A DNA stretch of 64,000 nt from positions 478-64,477 of the forward strand of contig JAXDOV010000220.1 of assembly GCA_034668705.1 (NCBI GenBank). Reading direction: 5' to 3'. The notes under the pieces were generated by a model. That model was given only the letters and a program-made list of their open reading frames with translations, was not told the origin of the DNA and made no database searches. This document shows positions 30,647-43,067 of the stretch, in pieces (within the stretch, counting starts at the first letter, position 1; each line of letters begins with the position of its first letter). A program made the translations under genes and the position numbers. Source of the stretch: Sphingomonadales bacterium (GTDB lineage: Bacteria; Pseudomonadota; Alphaproteobacteria; Sphingomonadales; Sphingomonadaceae).

Positions 30647-31032
30647 GCTGCCTCTTGGGCGCTCGGGCCGGAGAAGCCAATGAACGAACGTCCGCTTGTG
30701 GGAGCCGCTCGCCCGGTCGCGAACGATCCTCCAAGTCAGCTTCAGGAAGCGAAGTGATCGACAGACGCCTGGCTTTTCTTACGAGAACAATGATTGCTCC
30801 CAGCCCGCGGCTTGGTGGGCCTTGCGGGATTTTTACCTGCATCCGACCGTAATCTGCGGTCTGCTCTGGCTATTGAGCTAAAGTACCATGAGCGATTTAC
30901 GCTCAATGCCTTTACAGACTGTATGCTCAGCTACGCTCGCGCGATGCAATTGCATAGTAGCGTCCAGGACATGTCCATAGCTCGCCTTAAGGTCAGAACC
31001 GGACAATCAGGTCTCGGTCGCGGCGAGCAGCG

Positions 31033-32355
31033 TTACAGAGCGAATGCGAAAAAGATGATTGTCGCAGCCAGCATGACGAGGGTCGCACACCACCCCAGTA
31101 TGGTCGCGGGCAGCGACAGCGTCAGCCGGCCCATCGCCCGCGGATTTCGGACGATCAACATCATCACTGCCATCAGAGGCGCAGCTAGCACGCCATTGAC
31201 CACCGCTGCCCAATAAAGCGCCCTGACCGGGTCGATCCCTACAGAATTGAGCGAGGCGCCGGCCAAGGTTGTCACCGCGATCGTGGCATAGAACAACCGT
31301 GCGTCGAGCGGCTTGGCATCGAGGCTTCCGGCCGCCCCAACCATCTCGGTCACGGCGTAGGCAGCGGAGCCGGCAAGGATCGGCACTGCGAGCAGGCCGG
31401 TGCCGATAATGCCGAGCGCGAACATCGCAAAAGCGAACTGGCCCGCGATCGGACGCAGCGCTTCGGCCGCCTGAGCCGAGGTCGCGATGTCGGTGATGCC
31501 GTGCGCATTGAGTGTGGCCGCGGTGGCGAACACGATGGCGAGCGAGACGATAGAGCTGAAGGCCATGCCTGTCAGCGTGTCCGTGCGAATTCGCGCCAGC
31601 TCCGGCCCCGCCTCGCGCGGCGCAATGCAAAGCGGCTTGGCGTGGCGGCGGTGCTCCTCCTCGATCTCCTGCCCGGCCTGCCAGAAGAAGAGGTAGGGAC
31701 TGATCGTGGTGCCCAGGATCGCGACCATCGCGGTGGCATAGGCCGCGTTCCATTGCAGCTCGGGTACGACCAGGGCCCTCAGCGCCCGCGCCCACGGAAC
31801 GTGCGAGACAATAACGACCGCTACATAGGTGAAAAGCGATAGCGTGGCCCATTTAAGAATGGCGGCGTAGCGCGAATAGCTCAGTGCCACCTCCAGCACG
31901 ACGCATAGGATACCGAACAATAAGGTGTAGAGTACTGCGTTCCCGCCGGCGAGAAGGGTGAGCGCTGCGCCCATCGCACTCAGATCAGCCCCGAGATTGA
32001 CGACATTGGCGACGAGCAGCAGTGTCACCATCCCCCACAACACCGGCCGCGAATAGTGACGGCGCAGATTGCGCGCGATTCCAGCGCCGGTCACGCAGCC
32101 AATGTCGGCGGCCACCTGCTGGATGACGACCATCAGCGGAAAGCTCAACACGAATGTCCAGGCCAGGCCGTAGCCGAACTGCGCGCCGATTTGGCTGTGC
32201 GTGCCGATGCCGCTGGGATCGTCGTCGGCGGCGCCGGTGACCAGGCCTGGACCGAGACTCCGGAAGAAGCCGACAGCCCTCCCCGGGGAAACGGTGCCGT
32301 CGGTTGAATCCGTCACGGGGGCCTGTGTGCGGTTGTCCACTCCTGAATCTCGCAC
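31033..32355 (-). CDS. NRAMP-family divalent metal cation transporter
   Basis: 440-aa ORF (GTG start, RBS GGGAGG). GPGLVTGAADDDPSGI and an 11-TM-like profile. Confidence 0.8.
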   Translation of the reverse strand: MRDSGVDNRTQAPVTDSTDGTVSPGRAVGFFRSLGPGLVTGAADDDPSGIGTHSQIGAQFGYGLAWTFVLSFPLMVVIQQVAADIGCVTGAGIARNLRRHYSRPVLWGMVTLLLVANVVNLGADLSAMGAALTLLAGGNAVLYTLLFGILCVVLEVALSYSRYAAILKWATLSLFTYVAVVIVSHVPWARALRALVVPELQWNAAYATAMVAILGTTISPYLFFWQAGQEIEEEHRRHAKPLCIAPREAGPELARIRTDTLTGMAFSSIVSLAIVFATAATLNAHGITDIATSAQAAEALRPIAGQFAFAMFALGIIGTGLLAVPILAGSAAYAVTEMVGAAGSLDAKPLDARLFYATIAVTTLAGASLNSVGIDPVRALYWAAVVNGVLAAPLMAVMMLIVRNPRAMGRLTLSLPATILGWCATLVMLAATIIFFAFAL

Positions 32356-32658
32356 GCAAACCCTCCCGATTCAATCCAAGCGGACATTCAGAAAGCTGTC
32401 GATCGGCCTTCCAATCAGCGACTGGATTCTGCGGGCCGAAGAGCACGCCGACTCAGCCCGCCCGCTCAGCGAGGGTGTCACCGGCATCCTCGAAGACATC
32501 GCCAGGGTGGAAGCTGGGACCTACCCCGACTAGGTTTGTCCGCGCTCGCCGCGGTGTGCCCGGGGTTCGGGGAGTCTGGTGCGAACCCGTCTCCACACTG
32601 GAAATTGGCCACATTGGCAACAACTAAGTAACTGATTTCACGCAGCAAAATTATTGCT

Positions 32659-32850
32659 GGGGTCGCAGGTTCGAATCCTGATCAAGGCGCCAATAATTTC
32701 AATGACTTAACTCGATTCCGGGTCTCTCAGATAGGGCCGAAATAGCGGCCACATTCCCGGGACTTGCGGGCGCCCTCACCACCATTTGTGGCCGAGAGAC
32801 GATTGGCCGCACGGCAACGCCCATTTCTGGGCCGAATTCTCGGGACCAAG
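32659..32850 (+). repeat. Direct repeat copy B: tRNA 3'-half remnant plus conserved flank
   Basis: 22-nt identity to the tRNA-Arg variable/T-arm, then a degenerate acceptor (ATCAAGGCGCCA). No matching 5' half upstream. Flank similar to 29260-29425. Confidence 0.8.
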
Positions 32851-32921
32851 TAAATGCCCCAACCCGCGCTCACCAACAGTTCGCCAGTACATGTCCAATT
32901 GACGTGCAAAAAGGCCAGCTC

Positions 32922-33443
32922 TTAGTTTTTGACTTGTGTCCACAGACGCTGCGCATCTGGCGGAAGTTTGTCCATTCGCTCCAAAAATAGAGCCAAGGTC
33001 CAGATCTGCTTGTCGTTGAGATAACCACCCCACGCGGGCATTCCAGTCAGGCGAATGCCATGTTTGATTTTCCAATAGGAGACGCCATCGGGATCGTCTT
33101 CTACTCCGTCGGTCGCCAGTTGCGGCGGGCTCGGGTAAAGGCCCTTCGCGATTGGAGAGGCTGAGGCAGCGCCAGCGGCGGTTCCGTGACAGATTGCACA
33201 GTGCTGGCCAAAAAGTTTGATGCCCTCGACCAGATTAGCGTTTGTCAGCGCAACGGGATTGGAATCTTTGGGAGCCTGGTTTCGCAGAGTCGCATTTAGT
33301 GATGTGGTGGCGACCCATAACTCAAGACCGTCTGGTTTGGCGTCTGCATTGGCTGGAATTAAGCCACTTTGGAGGCCCACGTAGCCTCCGATCAACGCGA
33401 CCACGACGGACGCGGCAACACCCGCGAAAAAGCCTCGTATCAT
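32922..33443 (-). CDS. Membrane-anchored c-type cytochrome
   Basis: ORF 32922..33482 (start 33443 or 33482). N-terminal TM helix, haem motif CAICH, distal M in LTGMPAW. In the AT-richer tract. Confidence 0.75.
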   Translation of the reverse strand: MIRGFFAGVAASVVVALIGGYVGLQSGLIPANADAKPDGLELWVATTSLNATLRNQAPKDSNPVALTNANLVEGIKLFGQHCAICHGTAAGAASASPIAKGLYPSPPQLATDGVEDDPDGVSYWKIKHGIRLTGMPAWGGYLNDKQIWTLALFLERMDKLPPDAQRLWTQVKN

Positions 33444-33665
33444 GTCAAACTCCCAGGAGAGATCGTCTATCCAACCCTTCAATACGCGCGATGGGCACGA
33501 GACGTGCCTTTGCGACCAACGGACGTGCAGATATTTCGATGAATGACCGGAGTTCGCGCAGTTTTATGTGAACCCGCCTCCACGGGCCGAAAACAGCCCA
33601 CATTCGTTCCCCGGACTCATCGGGGTGCGGTGCCGACCATGATCGATCGTCAGCCGGACGTCCGG

Positions 33666-35735
<2,070 letters not shown>

Positions 35736-35750
35736 TCAGCCGTAACCATC

Positions 35751-36092
35751 CTAGAAAGGGAGCCCGAAGCGGAGTCCCAGATGGCGGCCCTGGACGAAGC
35801 CGACGCGCGCGCTCGCGCCGTTGCCGAGGTTGATCGTGTCGAGACGGTGCGGACTGGAACCGGCGATTTGAAAAGGGGTTTCGCGCATGCCGAAATGCTT
35901 CTCGCCCAGGTCGAAGTGGCCCTGATGAACGGTGATGTCCGAGTCCGAATGGCGCAGGTTTCGGCCGAAGTCACGCCGCGCCAAGCCTTCATGCACCGGC
36001 TCGTGCCAGAGCGAAAGCCTTGCATGGCGACCCCCGCCCATCGGACCATGGGCCGCTGCCAGCAGCAGAAACAGAATCGGCACCGAGCGCAT
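35751..36092 (-). CDS. Hypothetical secreted protein with outer-membrane-type C-terminus
   Basis: 113-aa ORF: signal peptide MRSVPILFLLLAAAHG, ends ...GLRFGLPF. Confidence 0.45.
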   Translation of the reverse strand: MRSVPILFLLLAAAHGPMGGGRHARLSLWHEPVHEGLARRDFGRNLRHSDSDITVHQGHFDLGEKHFGMRETPFQIAGSSPHRLDTINLGNGASARVGFVQGRHLGLRFGLPF

Positions 36093-36419
36093 GTCTCATC
36101 CCCCGCGGGCGAGCCTAGGTTAATCTGTCGTTCATGTAAAAGCGGCCGGTCCCGCCCAAGCCCCTAACCACCGCACGGAATCCCGTTATCCGTCCGGCGT
36201 CCGGAACCATCACTTCGCCCTGATCAACCGCGCCTTCGCAAGCGGGGCTGCGGCGGGGTCGAACAGGGCGCAGCGGAAGCAGCTCCAGCCGTGACCGCGC
36301 CGCGCGAGGACTCGCCGGAGCGGACCCGCCCCCCAACGTGCGGAACGCGCGCGCCCGGTAGCGACGGCACGGTTTTTCGGATAAGAAGGCGCCCGGGTCG
36401 CAAGCTTGCGGAGGTGGCG

Positions 36420-37052
36420 ATGACGCCTTGGGAAATCAGCGGATCGGAGCTCGTCAACTGCAATTGCGACTATGGTTGCAACTGCCAGTTCAATGGCTTG
36501 CCGGACAAGGGACATTGCCAGGCGGTCGCCGGCATCCAGATCGACAAGGGGCATTATGGCGACACCCGGCTCGACGGCCTTCGAGTCGCGGCCATCTTCA
36601 AATGGCCGGGAGCGGTTCACGAGGGCAATGGCGAAGCCGTCGCCTTCGTCGACGAGGCCGCCGATGAGGCGCAGCGTGACGCCCTGCTGAAGATCATGAC
36701 CGGCCAGGACACCGATCCGTTCGCGACCATGTTCGCTGTTTACGCGTCCACGGTGACGAAGATGAACCCGCCGGTCTTCGCGCATATCGACTTCGATGTG
36801 GACGTCGACGGGCGCAGGGGCCGCGTCTCCGTCAAGGATTATTTCGAGACCTGGGGCGAGCCGATCCGCAACAAGGTCACGGGAGCCGATACCCGCGCGC
36901 AGATCGTGCTGCCCGAAGGCTTCGAATATGAGGTCGCGGAGATCGGCAGCGCGTCCAGCAAGACGAGCGGGCCGGTCGCGATCGAGATGAGCGACTCCTA
37001 CGGCCAGTTCGCGCGGCTCCATCTCAACAATCATGGCGTTGTGAGGTCGTAA
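36420..37052 (+). CDS. DUF1326-family protein (Cys-rich N-terminus)
   Basis: Frame of ORF 36291..37052 trimmed to MTPWEISGSELVNCNCDYGCNCQFNGLPDKGHC; RBS GGAGG upstream. Confidence 0.7.
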   Translation: MTPWEISGSELVNCNCDYGCNCQFNGLPDKGHCQAVAGIQIDKGHYGDTRLDGLRVAAIFKWPGAVHEGNGEAVAFVDEAADEAQRDALLKIMTGQDTDPFATMFAVYASTVTKMNPPVFAHIDFDVDVDGRRGRVSVKDYFETWGEPIRNKVTGADTRAQIVLPEGFEYEVAEIGSASSKTSGPVAIEMSDSYGQFARLHLNNHGVVRS

Positions 37053-37072
37053 CCCCCCGGCCGGCTCGGCCC

Positions 37073-37897
37073 TTGCTCCCGAGGCTGCTCAAGCGCGACC
37101 GCGCGATCATGATCGCGGCGCTTACCGTCCTGTGCGGGCTCGCCTGGCTCTACATCCTCTCCGGTGCGGGGCTCGGGAGCGGGATGGGTGCCGCAGCGGG
37201 CCTGCCCCTTCGCGCAGGCGCCGTCGCCAGCCGCGATCCCGGAATGGCGATGGCGGCTATGGGCATGGGCGGCTGGGATGCCGGGACATGGGCCCTGGTC
37301 ATCGCAATGTGGTCGGTGATGATGGTGGCGATGATGATCCCCAGCGCCGCGCCGGCGATTCTTCTCTACGATCGAATCCGTCTGCAGCCGCGAAGCCGCG
37401 ACGGCGATCGCGCGGCGCTCGCGCCGAGCTGGGCATTTGCCTCGGGCTATCTGCTGATGTGGCTCGGCTTCGCCTGCCTCGCCGGCATTCTCCAATGGGC
37501 GCTCGAACGAGCGGGCTTTGTTTCCGCGCTCACCATGGGATCGGCAAGCCGGTGGTTTTCAGGCGGCATCCTCGTCGCCGCGGGACTGTACCAGCTCTCG
37601 CCGCTCAAGCGCCTCTGCCTTTCCCATTGCCGCTCGCCCGGCCATTTCTTCACGCGGCATTGGCGACCTGGAACGATCGGTGCGGTGCGGCTGGGCGCCC
37701 TGCACGGCGCTTTCTGCATCGGCTGCTGCTGGGTGCTGATGCTGCTGCTGTTCGTCGGCGGCGTGATGGACCTGGGCTGGATCGCCGCTCTCGCCTGCCT
37801 CATCTTGCTGGAAAAGACCTTGCCCTGGGAGCCCTGGCCTGGACGGCTGGCCGGTATGGGAATGGCGGCCTGGGGCGTGGCCATATTTGCAGCATAA
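37073..37897 (+). CDS. DUF2182-family integral membrane protein (usual partner of DUF1326)
   Basis: 274-aa polytopic ORF (TTG start as given; ATG 37109 is the alternative). Contains CLSHCRSP. Confidence 0.7.
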   Translation: MLPRLLKRDRAIMIAALTVLCGLAWLYILSGAGLGSGMGAAAGLPLRAGAVASRDPGMAMAAMGMGGWDAGTWALVIAMWSVMMVAMMIPSAAPAILLYDRIRLQPRSRDGDRAALAPSWAFASGYLLMWLGFACLAGILQWALERAGFVSALTMGSASRWFSGGILVAAGLYQLSPLKRLCLSHCRSPGHFFTRHWRPGTIGAVRLGALHGAFCIGCCWVLMLLLFVGGVMDLGWIAALACLILLEKTLPWEPWPGRLAGMGMAAWGVAIFAA

Positions 37898-38019
37898 GGC
37901 GGTCGTCATGCCGGCGAATGACCGACGGTTGCGCTGGACACCGGCGCCTGCGGGTTCGAAACGAGGGATGAGCGCGCCAGTCTCGCCGCCGCGCCCGAAC
38001 CCGAAGAGGAGGCTGAACG

Positions 38020-38622
38020 ATGAAGCTCTACCACACCCCCGGCGCCTGCTCGCTCGCGCCTCACATCCTGCTGGAAGAGACGGGGCTCGATTATGAACCG
38101 GTGCGCGTCGACCTCATGGCCAAGCGGCTTGAAGGGGGCGGCGATTATCTCGCGATCAACCCGAAGGGAGCGGTGCCGGCCCTCGATGTCGGCGATGGCG
38201 AGGTGCTGACGGAGAATGCGGTGATCCTCCAATATATCGCCGACCGGGCCGGAAACGAGGCGCTGCTGCCGCCGAGCGGCCTCGCCCGCTACCGGGTGCT
38301 CGAATGGCTGGGATACATCGCGACCGAGCTGCACAAGGGTTTCGGGCCGTTATGGCTTCCCCAGACGCCCAACGCGTTCAAGGACGTGACGCGGGGAATG
38401 ATCGGGAAGAAGCTCGACTTCGTCCAGGGGCGCCTCGGCGGGGGCTATTTGAACGGAAGCGCGTTCACGGCCGCCGACCCCTATCTCTTCACAATCCTGC
38501 GCTGGACCGACATTCACGGCATCGACCTGGCGCGCTGGCCGCAACTGGTCGAGTACCGCAAGCGCGTGGCGGTACGACCGGGCGTCGCCAGGGCGCTCAC
38601 CGATGAAGGGATCACGGGGTAG
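38020..38622 (+). CDS. Glutathione S-transferase (beta-class, GstA-like)
   Basis: 200-aa ORF: MKLYHTPGACSLAPHILLEE, INPKGAVPAL, ENAVILQYIAD. Confidence 0.85.
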   Translation: MKLYHTPGACSLAPHILLEETGLDYEPVRVDLMAKRLEGGGDYLAINPKGAVPALDVGDGEVLTENAVILQYIADRAGNEALLPPSGLARYRVLEWLGYIATELHKGFGPLWLPQTPNAFKDVTRGMIGKKLDFVQGRLGGGYLNGSAFTAADPYLFTILRWTDIHGIDLARWPQLVEYRKRVAVRPGVARALTDEGITG

Positions 38623-38711
38623 GCGGGTTCCGCGAAACAAGGGTTTCGGCGTTCACCTTCGGCTTTGGCGCGGTCGAGAATGTTGTTTCGAACGTCCGCG
38701 AAGGAGAGACT

Positions 38712-38861
38712 ATGTCGCTGGATGATGAGATCATCGACACGCCGGAAGGCCCGATGACATGGGCTCAGTGGAAGAAGAAGAACCCGGTTCAGATTCCTTC
38801 CCGCCGCACCAAGGGGAAGAAGCTTCCGGTCAAGGTCAAGCGCTTCACCTCCGACCCCTAG
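38712..38861 (+). CDS. Small (49 aa) basic protein, not in the ORF track
   Basis: Own translation: MSLDDEIIDTPEGPMTWAQWKKKNPVQIPSRRTKGKKLPVKVKRFTSDP. Strong RBS AAGGAGAG 4 nt upstream of the ATG. Confidence 0.5.
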   Translation: MSLDDEIIDTPEGPMTWAQWKKKNPVQIPSRRTKGKKLPVKVKRFTSDP

Positions 38862-39038
38862 CCGTTGGTCCTTTTGCCGTTGCTGGCGTCCGTGCGCGTC
38901 CCCTCCGCGTCTGCAACGACAGCCGGCGATTTCTCCCGCTCCTCAGGCAGGATCGAGCGCGAGACGCATCATGATCCGGCTCGAATGCACCGCGATGCCC
39001 AGGACATCGGAAAGCCGGTCGCCGCCGAACGCGGCCGG

Positions 39039-39419
39039 CTAGCCCGGCGCTTCGTCGAAAAGACCGAGGAGATCTTCTTCATCGGCGGTGAGGGCGGCGC
39101 AGCCGGGAGCACCGGCACCGATCGGCTTGCCGGTCGCGCGTTCGTACAGGCCGAACAGGCTGTCGAGCACCGGGGCGAGGACGCCGCAGCGATGCGGCTT
39201 GAGGGATCGATAGAGCGCGGGCTGGATCGGGCTGCCGGCATCGCGGGCGCCACGCCAGGCCCGCGCCGCGGCGATGACTATCTCCTTTTCGCGGCCCTTG
39301 GTCCGCGGAATGTCTCCCTCGACGGCGCGGCTGGGGTTCCGATCGGCGATTTCGGATGTCTCGGCCGGATTGAGGGGAAGGAAGCCGATCGCGACCAGGG
39401 CCATGGTTGCTAGGCTCAT
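39039..39419 (-). CDS. Hypothetical protein
   Basis: 126-aa ORF with strong G/C third-position bias. No family recognised. Confidence 0.5.
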   Translation of the reverse strand: MSLATMALVAIGFLPLNPAETSEIADRNPSRAVEGDIPRTKGREKEIVIAAARAWRGARDAGSPIQPALYRSLKPHRCGVLAPVLDSLFGLYERATGKPIGAGAPGCAALTADEEDLLGLFDEAPG

Positions 39420-39754
39420 CCCAGCCGGCCGGAGAAGATCCAGGCCCGGCCAAGGCCGGGGACGAGCGTCGCGCCGCAGCGAAGGCAGCTCTTTCTCAGC
39501 CTGCCGTCGGCACCCTGATGCGCCTTTGACGACGGCCTGTGGTCTCCGTCCTCGCAGCCGCCCAGCGGCCGGCGGCGAACATTCCTGCTCTTGAGCGCCA
39601 TGTTCATAAGGCGGCTATCGGCGGGCGCTGTGGCCGGGGTTTTGCGCCTTTGTGTCGGCGCGTGACCGGATGCGGCCGCCGCGGGCGGACGGCTCCGGCA
39701 AAATCCAGCAACAATCGGCCGTTACGCTGCGGCCGGCTGACCATGGGAGGTTGT

Positions 39755-40531
<777 letters not shown>

Positions 40532-40686
40532 CGGAATTGGCGCTACAGCCCCTCCGGTCGCGCGCCGGAAGATAATCCCGGAACCTGTGGCATCGGTGCC
40601 GCATGGCACCGATGGCGGCGATGCGCGTTATCCCCTCGGCCTCGGCACAAGCCGTTGTTTTGCCCGGCGTATTTGGGAAGCGTGTG

Positions 40687-41259
40687 ATGACTTGCGCGAC
40701 GATGCCGCTCGTCCGGCCCCTGTGGCTTGCCTTCGTCCTGGCGGCGGCGCCGATCTGCGCGGCCGAGGCCCGGCCCCAGCCGTCGTTCGAGGCTGCCGCG
40801 ACCTCCCTGAAGCCGGGCCAGTTCATCTGGCGGCCGGAAAATGCCGCCGACGGGCCGGTGAAGATCGTGGTGAGCCTGCCGCTGCAGCGCGCATTCGTCC
40901 TGCGCGGCGGCGTGCTGATCGGCGTTTCGACCGTCTCCACCGGGCAGCCGGGCTACGATACGCCCGCCGGCACCTTCACCATCTTGGAGAAGCAGGTGGA
41001 TCATCGCTCCACCCTCTACGACGATGCGCCGATGCCCTATATGCAGCGCCTGACCTGGGACGGCGTCGCGCTTCACGCGGGCAAGGTGACGGGCCTGCCG
41101 GAATCGCACGGCTGCATTCGGCTGCCGCTGCGGTTCGCCAAAATCCTCTATGCCGCGACGCCCAAGGGCGCCACGGTGATCGTCACCGACGAAGCCTATG
41201 ACCCGGCCGATGGCGAGGGATCGGCGACATTGCCCGAGGAAATGGGCACTTCGAACTAA
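40687..41259 (+). CDS. L,D-transpeptidase (YkuD domain)
   Basis: ORF 40603..41259, start 40687 preferred (signal peptide MTCATMPLVRPLWLAFVLAAAPICAAEA). Catalytic motif HGCIRL. Confidence 0.8.
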   Translation: MTCATMPLVRPLWLAFVLAAAPICAAEARPQPSFEAAATSLKPGQFIWRPENAADGPVKIVVSLPLQRAFVLRGGVLIGVSTVSTGQPGYDTPAGTFTILEKQVDHRSTLYDDAPMPYMQRLTWDGVALHAGKVTGLPESHGCIRLPLRFAKILYAATPKGATVIVTDEAYDPADGEGSATLPEEMGTSN

Positions 41260-41261
41260 GC

Positions 41262-41927
41262 TCAGCCCTCGCTTTGCATCCGCGCCCGGCGGGCGAGCTC
41301 GGCCTCGGAGGGATGCTCCAGCTGGAACGAGCCGGTGCGGATCGCGCCGGCGCATCGATAGAGGCTCATGATGACGCCCGTCGTCGACGTCTGGGTTTCG
41401 ACCAGCTCGAGCCCGCCGGGCCTGGCCCCCTCGCCGAACAGGCGCTTGCCGGGGCCGAGGATCAGAGGGAAGGTCAACAGCCGGAACTCGTCGATCAGAT
41501 CGTGCGCGAGCAGGGTCTGCAGCAGGACGCTGCTGCCCTGGGTGAGCAGGTCGGGTCCGTCCTCCTGCTTCAGCCGGGCGATCTCCGCCGCGACGTCGCC
41601 ACGGAGCGCGACCGAATTGCGCCAGCCGAGCGGCTCGGTGGAGGAAGTCGCGACATATTTGGTCACGCCGTCGAACAATTTCCCGATCGGGTCGTCGCTC
41701 CCGACGAACGGCCAGTGCGCCGCGAAGATTTCGTAGGTCTTGCGGCCGAGCAGGAGATCGAACGGCGTCGCGAACATGCCGCCCATGAACTGCCCCATCG
41801 GCTCGTCCCAATAGTTGACGGTCCAGCCGCCGCAGGCGAAGCCTCCGGTCGGGTCCTCGGTCGGCCCGCCCGGCGCCTGCATCACGCCGTCGAGGCTCAC
41901 GAAGGCGGCGGCGACGATCTTCCTCAT
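41262..41927 (-). CDS. Dihydrofolate reductase-like (RibD C-terminal domain) protein, second paralogue
   Basis: 221-aa ORF: MRKIVAAAFVSLDGVMQ, LLGRKTYEIF, IDEFRLLTFPLILGPGKRLF. Confidence 0.75.
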   Translation of the reverse strand: MRKIVAAAFVSLDGVMQAPGGPTEDPTGGFACGGWTVNYWDEPMGQFMGGMFATPFDLLLGRKTYEIFAAHWPFVGSDDPIGKLFDGVTKYVATSSTEPLGWRNSVALRGDVAAEIARLKQEDGPDLLTQGSSVLLQTLLAHDLIDEFRLLTFPLILGPGKRLFGEGARPGGLELVETQTSTTGVIMSLYRCAGAIRTGSFQLEHPSEAELARRARMQSEG

Positions 41928-42056
41928 CCCGGAATCCTTTTCGGCATCTGCACCGGAGCCGGTCGGTGCAGGCCGACCCGGCGCTCGTCAAGTCGCCTCC
42001 GGCAGGATCGCGTGACGGCACGGGAGACGTCGCCCACCGGCCGGCATGGGATTTCT

Positions 42057-42695
42057 TTACGCGGCGCGGTCCGAATGCCGCCAGCGGGGGGCCTCGCCAC
42101 GCGACGCGACGCCGGTGCCGGTGATGCCGGCCCCGGTGACGTCGGTCTCGTCGAAGCGGGTGCCCGAAAAGTCCGCGCCCGCCAGCCGGCTGTGGGCGAG
42201 CGTGGCGCCGCCGAGATCGGCGTCCCGGAACGACGCCTCTTCGAGGCTGGCGTAGCTGAGATCGACCATCCGCAGTGACGAGCGGTCGAAGCGCGCCCGC
42301 CGGAACAGGCCGCTGGCGAGCCAGGCGCCGGTGAGATCGCTGTCGCGAAGGTCGATCGGCCATTCCGCCCCGTCCGAGCTTTGCGTTTCCGGCCGCGCCG
42401 CGAGCACGTTCAGCGCGGCCTGAACGTCTTGCGGCGGCGTCGAACCGTTCGGCCGCGCCGCCGTCACGGGCGCGCGGGTCCGGATGAAGGCGCAGAGCGA
42501 GACGATGATGCGGGACCGCTGGTCGACCGGCGCGGTTCGCAGCCGCTCCGCCAGCTGCGCGATCAACCTCACCCGCTTCGCCTGGCCGATATCGGCCGAC
42601 AGCAGGGCGGCGAGCCGCGCCAGGTCGCGCGACGACGGCGAGAGGGGCGGCACGGCAGATTTGTCGCTGAAGAGGGAGTCGGTCATTGCGTCCAT
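42057..42695 (-). CDS. Pentapeptide-repeat protein
   Basis: ORF 42057..42806 trimmed to MDAMTDSLF. The C-terminal half has A(D/N)LxG-type repeats (DLRDSDLTGAWL, FRDADLGGATL, LAGADFSGTRF). Confidence 0.65.
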   Translation of the reverse strand: MDAMTDSLFSDKSAVPPLSPSSRDLARLAALLSADIGQAKRVRLIAQLAERLRTAPVDQRSRIIVSLCAFIRTRAPVTAARPNGSTPPQDVQAALNVLAARPETQSSDGAEWPIDLRDSDLTGAWLASGLFRRARFDRSSLRMVDLSYASLEEASFRDADLGGATLAHSRLAGADFSGTRFDETDVTGAGITGTGVASRGEAPRWRHSDRAA

Positions 42696-43067
42696 TCTGC
42701 TTGGGGATCGGTTGGGCCGCCCTGGAAATGACGGCCCCGCGCGGAGGCGCCGCCGCGGGCATGGGAAATGGGCATGTGGAAGACGGCATCCAACCGCAAA
42801 AGCCATATTCGAAACCGCCTCGGCACCGGCTTCACCGTTCGGACGGCGTTGCGCCGTTGCGCGTCGACCAGAGGAGCAGCCGCACGAGCAGCCCCCAGCC
42901 TTCGCAGCGCCCGAGGTTCTCCAGCGGTTCCTCCGCCTTGAGCACTTCCGGGCATGGGCGCGGCACGACCTTCGTCCGGCGCCGCCGGGCGCGTGGCATG
43001 GTCAGGGTGGAGCTTGCCCGCATCCTCCCTAAGACGCCGCCGCGCGCGAATCCCGCACCTGCCCGGA

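Larger units (their letters stand above)
29272..32658. mobile_element. Candidate tRNA-Arg-associated genomic islet (degenerate, no integrase seen)
   Basis: Bounded by the intact tRNA and a partial tRNA 3' copy in direct orientation. Visibly AT-richer than flanking core DNA. Carries only two membrane-protein genes and an NRAMP transporter. Confidence 0.45.

Noticed and set aside
30944-30955. 12-bp palindrome ATGCAATTGCAT in the AT-richer spacer of the islet, and the perfect hairpin CATCGGTGCC-GCAT-GGCACCGATG at 40591-40614.
   Set aside because: These are single occurrences, far from start codons or lacking a U-tract. They are insufficient to call an operator or terminator.
32620-32692. Second functional tRNA gene at repeat copy B.
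   Set aside because: Only the variable/T-arm part is intact. The acceptor 3' strand is degenerate, no complementary 5' acceptor strand or D-arm lies upstream, and the anticodon-like hairpin has a non-canonical loop. It is treated as a remnant.
39416-39607. 63-aa ORF whose stop overlaps the start of the 126-aa hypothetical gene (ATGA), with a CxxC pair.
   Set aside because: It is Arg-rich with several rare AGG/AGA codons and has no recognisable family or RBS. It is possibly real, but I cannot support it.
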